DNA of 64,000 nt, taken from NCBI GenBank assembly GCA_963768055.1, contig CAVYGN010000001.1:1568001-1632000 (forward strand), given 5' to 3'. Of this stretch, positions 42,512 to 51,303 are shown piece after piece (the first letter of the stretch is position 1; every line of letters begins with the position of its first letter). The translations under genes were made by a program, and so were the position numbers. The notes under the pieces were generated by a model, which ran no database searches, was not told the DNA's origin, and saw only the letters and a program-made list of their open reading frames with translations. The stretch is from an uncultured Spirochaetota bacterium. GTDB taxonomy: Bacteria; Spirochaetota; Brevinematia; Brevinematales; JAOACQ01.

Positions 42512-43422
42512 AAACGGAGCCCTTTTTCAATTCTTAAAAGCATCCATCGGGAAACAACGTTGAAAAAGATCACTACGGCAAGTAAAATTAGCGCCGCCAG
42601 CATCAGTGCGGAATCGAAAAGCGGGATTGAAAGCATCTCCCCGTAACTGTTTGCAATCAGTGCGGGCAGGGGATATACGGGATCGAATATCGAATGGGGG
42701 ATCTTTGCCACATTTCCGGCAACCATTAAAACAGCCATAGTCTCGCCGAAAGCCCTCGACATTGCAAGCACAACTCCGGCCACTATGCCCGGAAAATTTT
42801 TCCTCAGGATTACGTTTTTAACTGTTTCCCATTTGGTAGCGCCGACGGCTAATGAAGCCATCCTGATTTCTACCGGCACTGTGCGGAATATTTCAACGAA
42901 TATATTCACCATTACAGGTATGATCATCACCGCAAGCACGATAGACGCCGATAACATGGAGTATCCGGAAACATTGATCCCCAGATAAGGGGCTATAGTC
43001 TCTTTGACCCATGGAACGATCACTAAGACCCCCCACAATCCGAAAACGACCGATGGAATTCCCGCTAAAAGATCGACCATAGGAATGAAAAAATTCCGCA
43101 ATGTTTTGGATGCATATTCCGAAAGATATATCCCGGTTAAAAGGCATACCGGAACCGCCAGAATAAGGGCGCCGAAAGTTACCCAGACAGTGCCGGTTAT
43201 AAAAGGCAGAAAACCGAACTTTCCTTTCATCGGATGCCAATTTTCAGAAAAGAACAATTTTGAAAGAGGATTTTCACGCAGGATCGGCAGCGATTTTACT
43301 AAAAGCAGTATAAATATGAAAATTAACAGGAACCAGCAAAAAAAGACCAGGAGCCTTGCGCTGTTTTCAAATAAACGGTCTTTTAAAATCCTGAAGTATG
43401 GCGCCATTTTCAAGCCCGTCAA
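42508..43422 (-). CDS. pstC: PstC-family ABC permease
   Basis: YLSEYA, LAGIPSVVFGLWG, GATKWET, SRAFGETMAV. Confidence 0.85.
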   Translation of the reverse strand: MTGLKMAPYFRILKDRLFENSARLLVFFCWFLLIFIFILLLVKSLPILRENPLSKLFFSENWHPMKGKFGFLPFITGTVWVTFGALILAVPVCLLTGIYLSEYASKTLRNFFIPMVDLLAGIPSVVFGLWGVLVIVPWVKETIAPYLGINVSGYSMLSASIVLAVMIIPVMVNIFVEIFRTVPVEIRMASLAVGATKWETVKNVILRKNFPGIVAGVVLAMSRAFGETMAVLMVAGNVAKIPHSIFDPVYPLPALIANSYGEMLSIPLFDSALMLAALILLAVVIFFNVVSRWMLLRIEKGLRL

Positions 43423-44363
43423 AAGCCGATTTTCTTCATCTGTTCCTGAATCCTGGATTCCTCAATAGGAACGTAACCGGTTTCTTCGATATACTTCCTT
43501 CCCTGTGTCAGCGCCCACTTTACGAATTCTATAACAATCTTTTTGTGGGGCCTGCCCTTGAAGGCAAAATACAGGTCCCGGGCCGGAGGCGAAGGATATT
43601 TGTTTTCAGAGATCGCTTTTGTCAATTCAAAAAGACTATGATAAAAATCCTCATCCGCATCGATTTTCCCGTTCCCGTTTATATCGATCGGCAGTACGGC
43701 TATTCCCGGGATCGGCTGCCCTGTTCTGAAGTCGTAAGCAAAACTTATATTGTTATACCCGATGCCGAAGGTGTCTTTTTTTACCGCTTCAACAACCCCC
43801 GGATCGCCGAAAACCCCGACCCCTTTCAAATCCTCCTGATTTTTTCCAAGGTATGCCGCCCAGGTGCTGGCTGCTCCGCATGAATCGGAACGGGTATAAA
43901 TATTGATAGTGTCGTTTTTATTGTATCTGTAAAGTTCTTCCCAGCGCGACACCGAACCTTCTATGAAAATTTGTTTGAACTGCTTCTTTTTTAAACCCGA
44001 TTCCCGGATTTTCCCCAGCAACGGATTATTCACATTTACCGTACATACAACCGCATCGCGGGCCATGGCGATCCAGGTTATACCCTTATCTTCTTCGATC
44101 TTCGAAATTTCCCTGGATATGCTCCCGATGTCCGCCATTCCGGTAAGCGTATCCACCATACCCTTTCCTGCCCCGGCCGCCGATATATCGAATTTTACAT
44201 CCGGGTGGATTTTTTTGAATTCTTCCGCCCATTTGACTTCCATAGGGTACAGGGCAAAAGCCCCGGAAATTGTGATTGTTTTTTCCGGAGAACCGCCGCT
44301 GCCGCACGAACATACAATCATTGCAAAAAATGTAAGGAATACGGCCCGATAAAATTTACTCAT
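43419..44363 (-). CDS. PstS-family substrate-binding lipoprotein with atypical ligand residues (substrate uncertain)
   Basis: Lipoprotein-like signal (IVCSC); PBP2 fold motifs ISGAFALYP, GAGKG, ADIGSISR, RSDSCGA, IGY, YPSPPARDLY. Confidence 0.8.
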   Translation of the reverse strand: MSKFYRAVFLTFFAMIVCSCGSGGSPEKTITISGAFALYPMEVKWAEEFKKIHPDVKFDISAAGAGKGMVDTLTGMADIGSISREISKIEEDKGITWIAMARDAVVCTVNVNNPLLGKIRESGLKKKQFKQIFIEGSVSRWEELYRYNKNDTINIYTRSDSCGAASTWAAYLGKNQEDLKGVGVFGDPGVVEAVKKDTFGIGYNNISFAYDFRTGQPIPGIAVLPIDINGNGKIDADEDFYHSLFELTKAISENKYPSPPARDLYFAFKGRPHKKIVIEFVKWALTQGRKYIEETGYVPIEESRIQEQMKKIGF

Positions 44364-44388
44364 ATATACCTCAAAAATTAAGATTATG

Positions 44389-44793
44389 CTAGATAAAATC
44401 ATGAAGGCTTAAATTCTCCAGCCGGGCAGATATATAATCCCTGATATCTTTCATAACTGCAAGGACTTTTTTTTCATTCTCAATCGGGGTATGCTCAAAA
44501 AAATAGGTGCTGACGGACTCGGTCGGCGCTAGTGCGCCGTCCATTAACCTGATAACCTGGGCCAGTGAAATATCCTTCGGATCTCTGGCAAGCTTATAGC
44601 CGCCGCTGGAACCCCTTTTGGTCTTTATGATTGAATTTTGCTTTAACAGCAGGAATAACTGCTCCAGGTATTTTTTTGAAATATGGTATTGCCGGCAGAT
44701 AGCCTCGATTTTGACATATTCATGTTCGTCTTGATTGCGCGCTATATACAGCAGGGCCAGCAGGGAATATTCGCTTTTTGTCGTAAGCTTCAT
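44389..44793 (-). CDS. Rrf2-family transcriptional regulator (CymR-like; no IscR cysteine triad)
   Basis: MKLTTKSEY, ISKKYLEQL, RGSSGGYKLA, IRLMDG. Confidence 0.9.
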   Translation of the reverse strand: MKLTTKSEYSLLALLYIARNQDEHEYVKIEAICRQYHISKKYLEQLFLLLKQNSIIKTKRGSSGGYKLARDPKDISLAQVIRLMDGALAPTESVSTYFFEHTPIENEKKVLAVMKDIRDYISARLENLSLHDFI

Positions 44794-44803
44794 ACCTTGT
44801 CCG

Positions 44804-44849
44804 TATACAAGTTTAGTTATAGTATAGGCAAGGTATAGAAGCCTGTCAA
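44804..44849 (-). promoter_or_regulatory. Promoter of the Rrf2-pst-cys unit with overlapping candidate operator
   Basis: Minus strand TTGACA (44849-44844)-17 nt-TATACT (44826-44821); imperfect palindrome TATACTAT-N7-CTTGTATA at 44826-44804. Confidence 0.7.
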
Positions 44850-44869
44850 GTTAGGAAAGCATATCGCTA

Positions 44870-45520
44870 TCAGCCTATCCAGAGTCCTTCTATGCGAACC
44901 TGAAATCCGTCTTTGATTTTGAATAAAGCGTTAACAAGGCCGCAATGACGCCACTGGAGCATGCAATATCGCGGAAGGAAATAATACCTTTTCCCGATTT
45001 CCAGATTTACCCGGCTGTTCCTTACAATCCCTTCGTAAGCGGTCGTATTATAATACCCGATGTTGATGCCTCTTTCCCTGGCCTGTAGCGGCCCGGTTAC
45101 ATTCCAGACAACCGTTCCGTTAAAATAATCGGGTTCATCGACGATAACACCCGCATGAGTGACCGGGCATCCGCAGGAAATCCAGGCGGGTCTTCCGTAA
45201 ATTACATCCCCTCTTTTTAGCTTCAATTTTTCCACATTTGTAGGATTAAAAAGGATGATCGTTTCTCTCGGGCCAAGATCCTCTTTAAAGGTCTCCAGAA
45301 CAAAATCGTATTCCCGTTCCAGATTATCTTTCCAGCTTATGTTATTTAAAGATTCCTCAATCCGGCCGGTTCTGTCCGATTTTTCTTCATTAAATATGCA
45401 TCTTTCAAGTAATTCCGAATTATTCGAAGCGGAATCAGCCAATTCATTACAGGTTTTAAATCCGCAAATTCCGCAGTTTTTCCCCGGCAGTTTGAATTCA
45501 CTGTTTTGATCCATATTCAT
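44870..45520 (-). CDS. Fe-S-binding protein (N-terminal four-Cys domain plus Cys/His-rich C-terminal domain)
   Basis: LPGKNCGICGFKTC...C; SCGCPVTH; YCMLQWRHCG. Confidence 0.75.
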   Translation of the reverse strand: MNMDQNSEFKLPGKNCGICGFKTCNELADSASNNSELLERCIFNEEKSDRTGRIEESLNNISWKDNLEREYDFVLETFKEDLGPRETIILFNPTNVEKLKLKRGDVIYGRPAWISCGCPVTHAGVIVDEPDYFNGTVVWNVTGPLQARERGINIGYYNTTAYEGIVRNSRVNLEIGKRYYFLPRYCMLQWRHCGLVNALFKIKDGFQVRIEGLWIG

Positions 45521-46215
45521 TCCCCTCTATAAAAAATATTCGAATCCAGCGGCCTCAGGACTCCATGATGCGCCTCTTTGCCGATCTCTTTCTTGCCTAC
45601 GCATATCGTGCAGGTGCCTACCGGAGGATTGCCTTTAAGCAGAATCGGATAGTGGAGGTTTTCAACATCCATGATCTTTTGCGAAACATAACCGATATTG
45701 ATTCCATGAAGGGCGTCGCTTTCTATTACAGGGACCGAGGCGGTTTCCTCTATTGTAGCGCGAAATACTTCACGCTCCGCCTGTGAAACCAGATCTATCT
45801 TTGTAACGACGGCAATATCGGCCAGGGATAGCATGGGACCGATCTTCCTCGGCAGGTTCATGCCGCTGGTCGCTTCTATGACGACAATTCCGAGGGCATG
45901 GTCGATATAAGGCGAACAGCGCAGGCACAATCCGGCCGTTTCCACGATCAGGATATCGGAAGACTCATTGACAGCCCATTTGATAGCGTCGCCCAGAACA
46001 ATGACATTGCAGTGGTCGGGGCAAAGATCGCCGGAATATACCTTCTTTGTCGGGATTCCGAATTCCTGATGGATAATAGAATCTTCATCCGCAAATTGCA
46101 CGTCTATTTTAAGATAACTGACCCTGAGATTTTCTTTCTGCAATTTTTTAATAACCTGTTTGATGACGGTTGTTTTACCGCTGGTAGGCGGCCCTGCGAA
46201 AATAGCTGCTTTCAT
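45517..46215 (-). CDS. CobW/HypB/UreG-like P-loop GTPase
   Basis: AGPPTSGKT, KID, LCPDHC, VETAGLCLRCSP, TKID, C-terminal CTICVG. Confidence 0.8.
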   Translation of the reverse strand: MKAAIFAGPPTSGKTTVIKQVIKKLQKENLRVSYLKIDVQFADEDSIIHQEFGIPTKKVYSGDLCPDHCNVIVLGDAIKWAVNESSDILIVETAGLCLRCSPYIDHALGIVVIEATSGMNLPRKIGPMLSLADIAVVTKIDLVSQAEREVFRATIEETASVPVIESDALHGINIGYVSQKIMDVENLHYPILLKGNPPVGTCTICVGKKEIGKEAHHGVLRPLDSNIFYRGE

Positions 46216-47036
46216 TGTATGTTTTCCCCCTTTGACATACTATATCCGAATGCTATGAGCCTCTCATTCAGCATATCTTCAGTCAATCTTTCTCCATTGC
46301 GGATCTGTTTTCGGAAATATAGTATAATATCGTCCAGTTTTTTGATCTCTTCCGCAACCCTGAGTTCTTCATCATGGGCCATTATCAGCTGCTGCATAGC
46401 GCCGTTTTTCATAACGACACGGTAATCCGAAAGCAGGGCTATTCTCGGGTCATGCGTGACAAAAATAAATATTTTTTCATACTTTTTAAGAAGCTCAAGG
46501 GCCTTGGTCCGGTGTATTCCCGCATTCTCGATTTCATCCAGCAGTATGATCGGAGAATTACCTATTATTACGGCATCCGCGATGAGAAGGGCCCGGGTCT
46601 GGCCTCCCGAAAGCTCCGTCATTTTATTGTGGACCTCTATGGGTTCTCCGGTCAGCTGGTTTGAAAAATCCAGTGTTTCCTCGATTATCGAATCCGGCCT
46701 CAATGTCTTCCTTATCCGCGCATGTTTCGTTAAAAAGTCGCTGACATTCAAATCTGAAAGAAAATTAGTATGCTGGGTTATGAGGGCGATCGGATGGAGG
46801 GAAGGTTCAAGCGTTCTGCTGTTCGCTGTTCTCTCGCCGTTGATAAAAATCTTCCGTCGCGTCGGTGTGTTGTCGTTTGCAAAGAGTTCGATGTCGTTGA
46901 TCAAGGTGGTTTTTCCCGACCCCGTAGGTCCGACAATACTGATAATGTCGCCCATTTTTAAAGTGATTTCAGCGATCTTGTCCGGTTCGCCTTTTTTGCC
47001 GATTCCGCCGATAATCGTAAGCGATTGAATTTCCAT
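46212..47036 (-). CDS. Stand-alone ABC-type ATPase (no adjacent cognate permease)
   Basis: GPTGSGKT, LSGGQ, ILLDEIE, VTHD. Confidence 0.82.
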   Translation of the reverse strand: MEIQSLTIIGGIGKKGEPDKIAEITLKMGDIISIVGPTGSGKTTLINDIELFANDNTPTRRKIFINGERTANSRTLEPSLHPIALITQHTNFLSDLNVSDFLTKHARIRKTLRPDSIIEETLDFSNQLTGEPIEVHNKMTELSGGQTRALLIADAVIIGNSPIILLDEIENAGIHRTKALELLKKYEKIFIFVTHDPRIALLSDYRVVMKNGAMQQLIMAHDEELRVAEEIKKLDDIILYFRKQIRNGERLTEDMLNERLIAFGYSMSKGENIQ

Positions 47037-47080
47037 AGTTATCTCCCCTATATTAAAATATTCAATACTGAAATTTTATT

Positions 47081-48238
47081 TCACCTCGACCATATCGAAT
47101 TCAGGTTTTTTATGCTTTTTAAAAGAATATCAAGAAAACGGTCAATATCTTCCTCCGTTGTCTGCCTCCCAAGAGTAATGCGCAATGCCCCGATAGATTG
47201 AACAGGATTGCGGCCGATAGCTGCCAGCACATGAGATATTTTTTTTGAATTTGACGAACATGCTGAACCTGTTGAAACGCATATTCCTTCCCGGTCCAAC
47301 GCCATGAGCAAATTCGGGGCCTGTCCTTCGAGGCCGTTAAACCCTATATTAACATTATTGGGAAGGCGGATATCCCTATGCCCGTTCAGGTAAGCCGATG
47401 AAATATTTTCAATAACGGTTCCGATAATTCTATCTCTCAGCGCCTGGAGCCGCCCGGACTCATCCTCTAAACCTTCTAAACACAGCCGGACGGCTTTTGC
47501 AAAACCGACAATTCCGGGAACATTTTCAGTCGATGAGCGCATCCCGTATTCCTGCCCTCCGCCATGCTGCCATGGCGTCAATTTTATTCCATTCCGGATA
47601 TATAATGCGCCTATTCCCTTCGGACCATAAATTTTATGGGAATTGATCGTCGCCAGATCGACATTAAATTTTTCAACGTCGAAAGGAATTTTGCCGAACG
47701 ATTGGCATGCATCGGTATGAAAACAGACTCTGTTTTCCCGGCAGAACCTGCCTATTATTTCAATCGGTTGTATGACGCCGATTTCGTTATTGGCATGCAT
47801 AACGGACACCAAAATGGTTTCCGGAAGAAAACTGTTTTTCAACCGGTCGGTATCGATAAGCCCGTCCGAATCGACCGGGATAAAAGAAATATTAAAACCC
47901 TGGGTCTGGAGCCATTTGCATGAATTAATAATGCAATCGTGTTCGATCGCAGAAACAATTATATGATTCCCTCTTGCCCTGTTGGCGAAGGCATATCCTT
48001 TCAGTGCCAGATTATTGGATTCCGTCCCTCCCGAGGTAAATACCAATTCTTCAGCATAAGCGCTAATAGAGGAAGCTATCTCCATCCTGGCATTTTTTAC
48101 CGCTTCATGCGCTTCGAATCCTTTACTATGAAGGCTGGAGGGGTTTCCAAAACCTTCTGAAAAATACGGCATCATAGCCTGAAGGACCCTGCCGTCCATA
48201 GGAGTTGTAGCCGCGTTATCCAGATAAATTGCTTTCAT
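47081..48238 (-). CDS. Cysteine desulfurase (IscS/NifS type)
   Basis: YLDNAATT, FTSGGTESNN, HTDACQ, SHKIYGPKG, STGSACSS. Confidence 0.9.
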   Translation of the reverse strand: MKAIYLDNAATTPMDGRVLQAMMPYFSEGFGNPSSLHSKGFEAHEAVKNARMEIASSISAYAEELVFTSGGTESNNLALKGYAFANRARGNHIIVSAIEHDCIINSCKWLQTQGFNISFIPVDSDGLIDTDRLKNSFLPETILVSVMHANNEIGVIQPIEIIGRFCRENRVCFHTDACQSFGKIPFDVEKFNVDLATINSHKIYGPKGIGALYIRNGIKLTPWQHGGGQEYGMRSSTENVPGIVGFAKAVRLCLEGLEDESGRLQALRDRIIGTVIENISSAYLNGHRDIRLPNNVNIGFNGLEGQAPNLLMALDREGICVSTGSACSSNSKKISHVLAAIGRNPVQSIGALRITLGRQTTEEDIDRFLDILLKSIKNLNSIWSR

Positions 48239-48264
48239 GATTTTCTCTCTATAAAAAAATAATA

Positions 48265-48320
48265 ATTGTATATAAAGTCCATAGACAATATATATTATAT
48301 CAAATCCGATGTTTTGTCAA
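48265..48320 (-). promoter_or_regulatory. Promoter and candidate Rrf2 operator for the desulfurase-ATPase-GTPase-FeS unit
   Basis: Minus strand TTGACA (48320-48315)-17 nt-TAATAT; downstream palindrome ATTGTCTA-N9-TATACAAT (48289-48265). Confidence 0.55.
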
Positions 48321-48436
48321 TAATTATTTTAAAATTATTTTAAAAGATTGTTTTACTTATTTAATTTCAAATTATATAATATTTAATCATTCCCGAATTA
48401 AATATACGAAAATCAAAAAATCATTAAGGATTCAGC

Positions 48437-49480
48437 ATGGAACAAAAATTAGATAAAAAATGTATGTTCGTCCTCGGCATGCACCGGAGCGGGACTTCGC
48501 TTGTAATGGGCGCATTAAATAAAATGGGCGTTTATCTGGGCAATGATTTGTTAAAACCTACTGCGGACAATCCGAAAGGTTATTTTGAAAATCAAAATCT
48601 GGTCGATATCGATGAGAAAATATTATCCTGTTATAATTCATCATGGGATGATTTATTGATCCTCGATAACGATTTTGCAAAAAATGAAAAGTTCGAACAG
48701 ATATTGATCGATATAAAACAATTTATTGAAAAGGAATTTGCCGGCATTCCTGTTTTCGGATTGAAGGATCCCCGATTGTGCAGGCTTCTTCCATTTTGGG
48801 ACAGTGTTTTGACAAAAATGAAAATACAGGAATATTTTATAATACCCCTGCGCAATCCCCTTGAAATAGCCGCCTCCCTTGAAAATAGAGATGGATTCAG
48901 CCTGGAAAAATCTTTTATTCTCTGGATGAATCACATGTTTGAAGCTGAATTATATACAAGAGGAAAGAACCGTATTTTTATAAATTATGACTACCTGCTT
49001 AAGCAGCCGGAAACCGCTGTCGAATCTATTATAAAAAAATTAAATATCGATTATTTAACGACTTACCGGCAAATGAAATCCGAATTGGATGATTTATTTG
49101 ATCCGGACCTGAAACATTTTAATATGCCGGATATAAGGGGCGATAAACGGCTTATTGAACTTGTCCATGAATTTCATATTTCTTTACTTAATTTGTCGCA
49201 CGACGATATGTCCGAAAAGGAATTGATTAAAATAAATGAACAAAGGGAAAGATATTATAAACAGCACCGTTTTTTTTATAACAGGGATTTGGTAGATTTA
49301 TTGAACTTATTGAAAGAAACCAAGATCATTAATCATAATTTGACTGTTGAATTATGGAATACAAACAGCCTGTTGCAGGAAAAAGAAAAAATAATAGATG
49401 AAATTTATAATTCAAGAGGCTGGAAATTAATTACAAAATACCGGGAAATAAAGCTAAAGATTTTTCCGAAACATGGTTAA
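48437..49480 (+). CDS. Sulfotransferase-family protein with coiled-coil tail
   Basis: VLGMHRSGTS, NPKGYFE, LKDPRLC, RNPLEIAASL; C-terminal YNSRGWK motif seen in glycan-locus proteins. Confidence 0.78.
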   Translation: MEQKLDKKCMFVLGMHRSGTSLVMGALNKMGVYLGNDLLKPTADNPKGYFENQNLVDIDEKILSCYNSSWDDLLILDNDFAKNEKFEQILIDIKQFIEKEFAGIPVFGLKDPRLCRLLPFWDSVLTKMKIQEYFIIPLRNPLEIAASLENRDGFSLEKSFILWMNHMFEAELYTRGKNRIFINYDYLLKQPETAVESIIKKLNIDYLTTYRQMKSELDDLFDPDLKHFNMPDIRGDKRLIELVHEFHISLLNLSHDDMSEKELIKINEQRERYYKQHRFFYNRDLVDLLNLLKETKIINHNLTVELWNTNSLLQEKEKIIDEIYNSRGWKLITKYREIKLKIFPKHG

Positions 49481-49592
49481 CAGCGCCCTTCTCTGCCTCT
49501 ATACCGGCCTGTGAACATTTTAACCGCATCTGCTGCAGCCTTGAAAACGAATAGATTACGTGAAGTTATCGGGAGATGATCGGAAATCTTTC

Positions 49593-49621
49593 TTGAAATA
49601 TTATGCTTTTTAATTTATAAT
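49593..49621 (+). promoter_or_regulatory. sigma70-type promoter of wzm-wzt
   Basis: TTGAAA-17 nt-TATAAT. Confidence 0.5.
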
Positions 49622-49678
49622 TTATGTTATTTTCAGGGGCTAAGGTAAGCGTATCAAAATAAAAATTTTTGAGGCGGC

Positions 49679-50458
49679 ATGTTTAAGGAAATTCAGGAAG
49701 CGTTCAAATACAGATTTGTCATACAAAACTATGTTTATACCAATCTCAAACTGAAATACAGAAGATCCCTGCTGGGTTACTTATGGGCCGTCATTGCTCC
49801 CATGTTCAGATATCTGGTAATCGGCATAGTATTTTATTATATCTCCAAAATGAGGGACCCGCATTATTTCGGATTTATGTTTATGGGATCGATATTTTAC
49901 AGTTATATGACCGTAGTGCTTCTGGCCAGTACTAATGTTTTCATTCAAAACGAAATGTATATTAAAAAAATTTACGTGCCTAAACTTGTATTCGTGCTGA
50001 ACATTATTTTTTATGAAATGGTTAATTTCGCATTGGTTTTGCTCGGCATTATACTTCTGGGCCTTATTTTAGGCCAGCTGCAATTATCCTTTTATATGTT
50101 TATGATGATCTATGCCGTAATAATCACAACCTTTTTTTTAATAGGATGGGCCGCCATATTGGGGGTTATTACCATCTATTTCAGGGATTTGACGCATATG
50201 CTGGACATACTCCTTCAGGCCGTTTATTTCGCGACCCCGATCCTTTATTCGGTAGCGATTTTACCTAAAACATTTGCCGGCCTTGTCAAGCTCAACCCTT
50301 TTTATTATTTTGTGGAATTATTCAGGGTGCCCGTGCTCCAGCAAAAGTTTCCCGATCCCGACATCCTGCTGGTAACATTCGGCCTGTCGGTTCTGTCGTT
50401 CTTTTTAGGACTGATGATATTGAAAAAGTTTAACAATAGAATTGTATTCAAATTATAA
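49679..50458 (+). CDS. wzm: Polysaccharide ABC exporter permease
   Basis: KLKYRRSLLGYLW, YFRDL, YFATPILY, LNPF. Confidence 0.88.
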   Translation: MFKEIQEAFKYRFVIQNYVYTNLKLKYRRSLLGYLWAVIAPMFRYLVIGIVFYYISKMRDPHYFGFMFMGSIFYSYMTVVLLASTNVFIQNEMYIKKIYVPKLVFVLNIIFYEMVNFALVLLGIILLGLILGQLQLSFYMFMMIYAVIITTFFLIGWAAILGVITIYFRDLTHMLDILLQAVYFATPILYSVAILPKTFAGLVKLNPFYYFVELFRVPVLQQKFPDPDILLVTFGLSVLSFFLGLMILKKFNNRIVFKL

Positions 50459-50470
50459 GGACTTGAAAAT

Positions 50471-51274
50471 ATGAACCCTAAAGATTGTAAAATAAAGTTT
50501 GAAAACGTTTCACTTACATATGACCTCTACTATGATAAAACAACATCTCTTAAAGAGTTCCTCATCAATTTAGTTGTTAGAAGAAAATATGTTGAAAAAA
50601 AATTAGGCAAGTTGAACGCATTGAACAAGATCAACCTGGAAATCGAGCATGGGCAAAGACTCGGCGTAATCGGCTTGAACGGGGCCGGCAAGAGCACCCT
50701 TCTCAAAGTAATAGCCGGACTTTTAAAACCCACAGAAGGCAATATTGAAATTTTCGGAAATGTACAGCCTTTAATAGAAGTTGGGGCCGGTTTTAACATG
50801 GAATTCAGCGGAAGGGAGAATATTTATTTTAACGGAGCGATGCTCGGGTTCTCGAAAAAGGAAATAAAGGAAAAAGAGGAAGAGATCATAAAATTTTCAG
50901 AACTGGATAGATTCATCGATGTGCCGGTTAAATATTATTCATCTGGAATGATCTTGAGACTGGCTTTTACGATCGCGACCATAATTCATCCCGAGATATT
51001 GGTTCTGGATGAAATAATATCAGCGGGAGATATCGAGTTTATCCAGAAAGCCAAGGAAAGGATCAATAAACTGCTTAGTTCCGCAAAGATACTTGTGATT
51101 GTAAGCCATGACCTGGGTTTGATAAAGTCGTTAGCCTTACGGACAATCGTCCTGGAACATGGAGAGATAATTTTTAACGGTGAGACGAAAGAGGCGATTG
51201 AATTTTATCATGATAAGGCATTAAGAGATATGGAATCAAGAAAAATCAAGGAATCCCAGAATGCGGGGAAATGA
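50471..51274 (+). CDS. wzt: Polysaccharide ABC exporter ATPase (no C-terminal carbohydrate-binding domain)
   Basis: GLNGAGKSTLL, SGRENI, YSSGM.LRLAF, LVLDE, VSHD. Confidence 0.9.
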   Translation: MNPKDCKIKFENVSLTYDLYYDKTTSLKEFLINLVVRRKYVEKKLGKLNALNKINLEIEHGQRLGVIGLNGAGKSTLLKVIAGLLKPTEGNIEIFGNVQPLIEVGAGFNMEFSGRENIYFNGAMLGFSKKEIKEKEEEIIKFSELDRFIDVPVKYYSSGMILRLAFTIATIIHPEILVLDEIISAGDIEFIQKAKERINKLLSSAKILVIVSHDLGLIKSLALRTIVLEHGEIIFNGETKEAIEFYHDKALRDMESRKIKESQNAGK

Positions 51275-51303
51275 TAATTTCAACCAATAAATGTCCGCCC
51301 CGA

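Noticed and set aside
37565..48238. DNA phosphorothioation (Dnd/Ssp) system suggested by desulfurase + ATPase + PAPS-reductase-fold gene
   Set aside because: The PAPS-fold gene is a typical CysD paired with CysN and CysC; the ATPase is short with no SMC-like coiled coil; no DndB/DndE or Ssp-like genes are visible.
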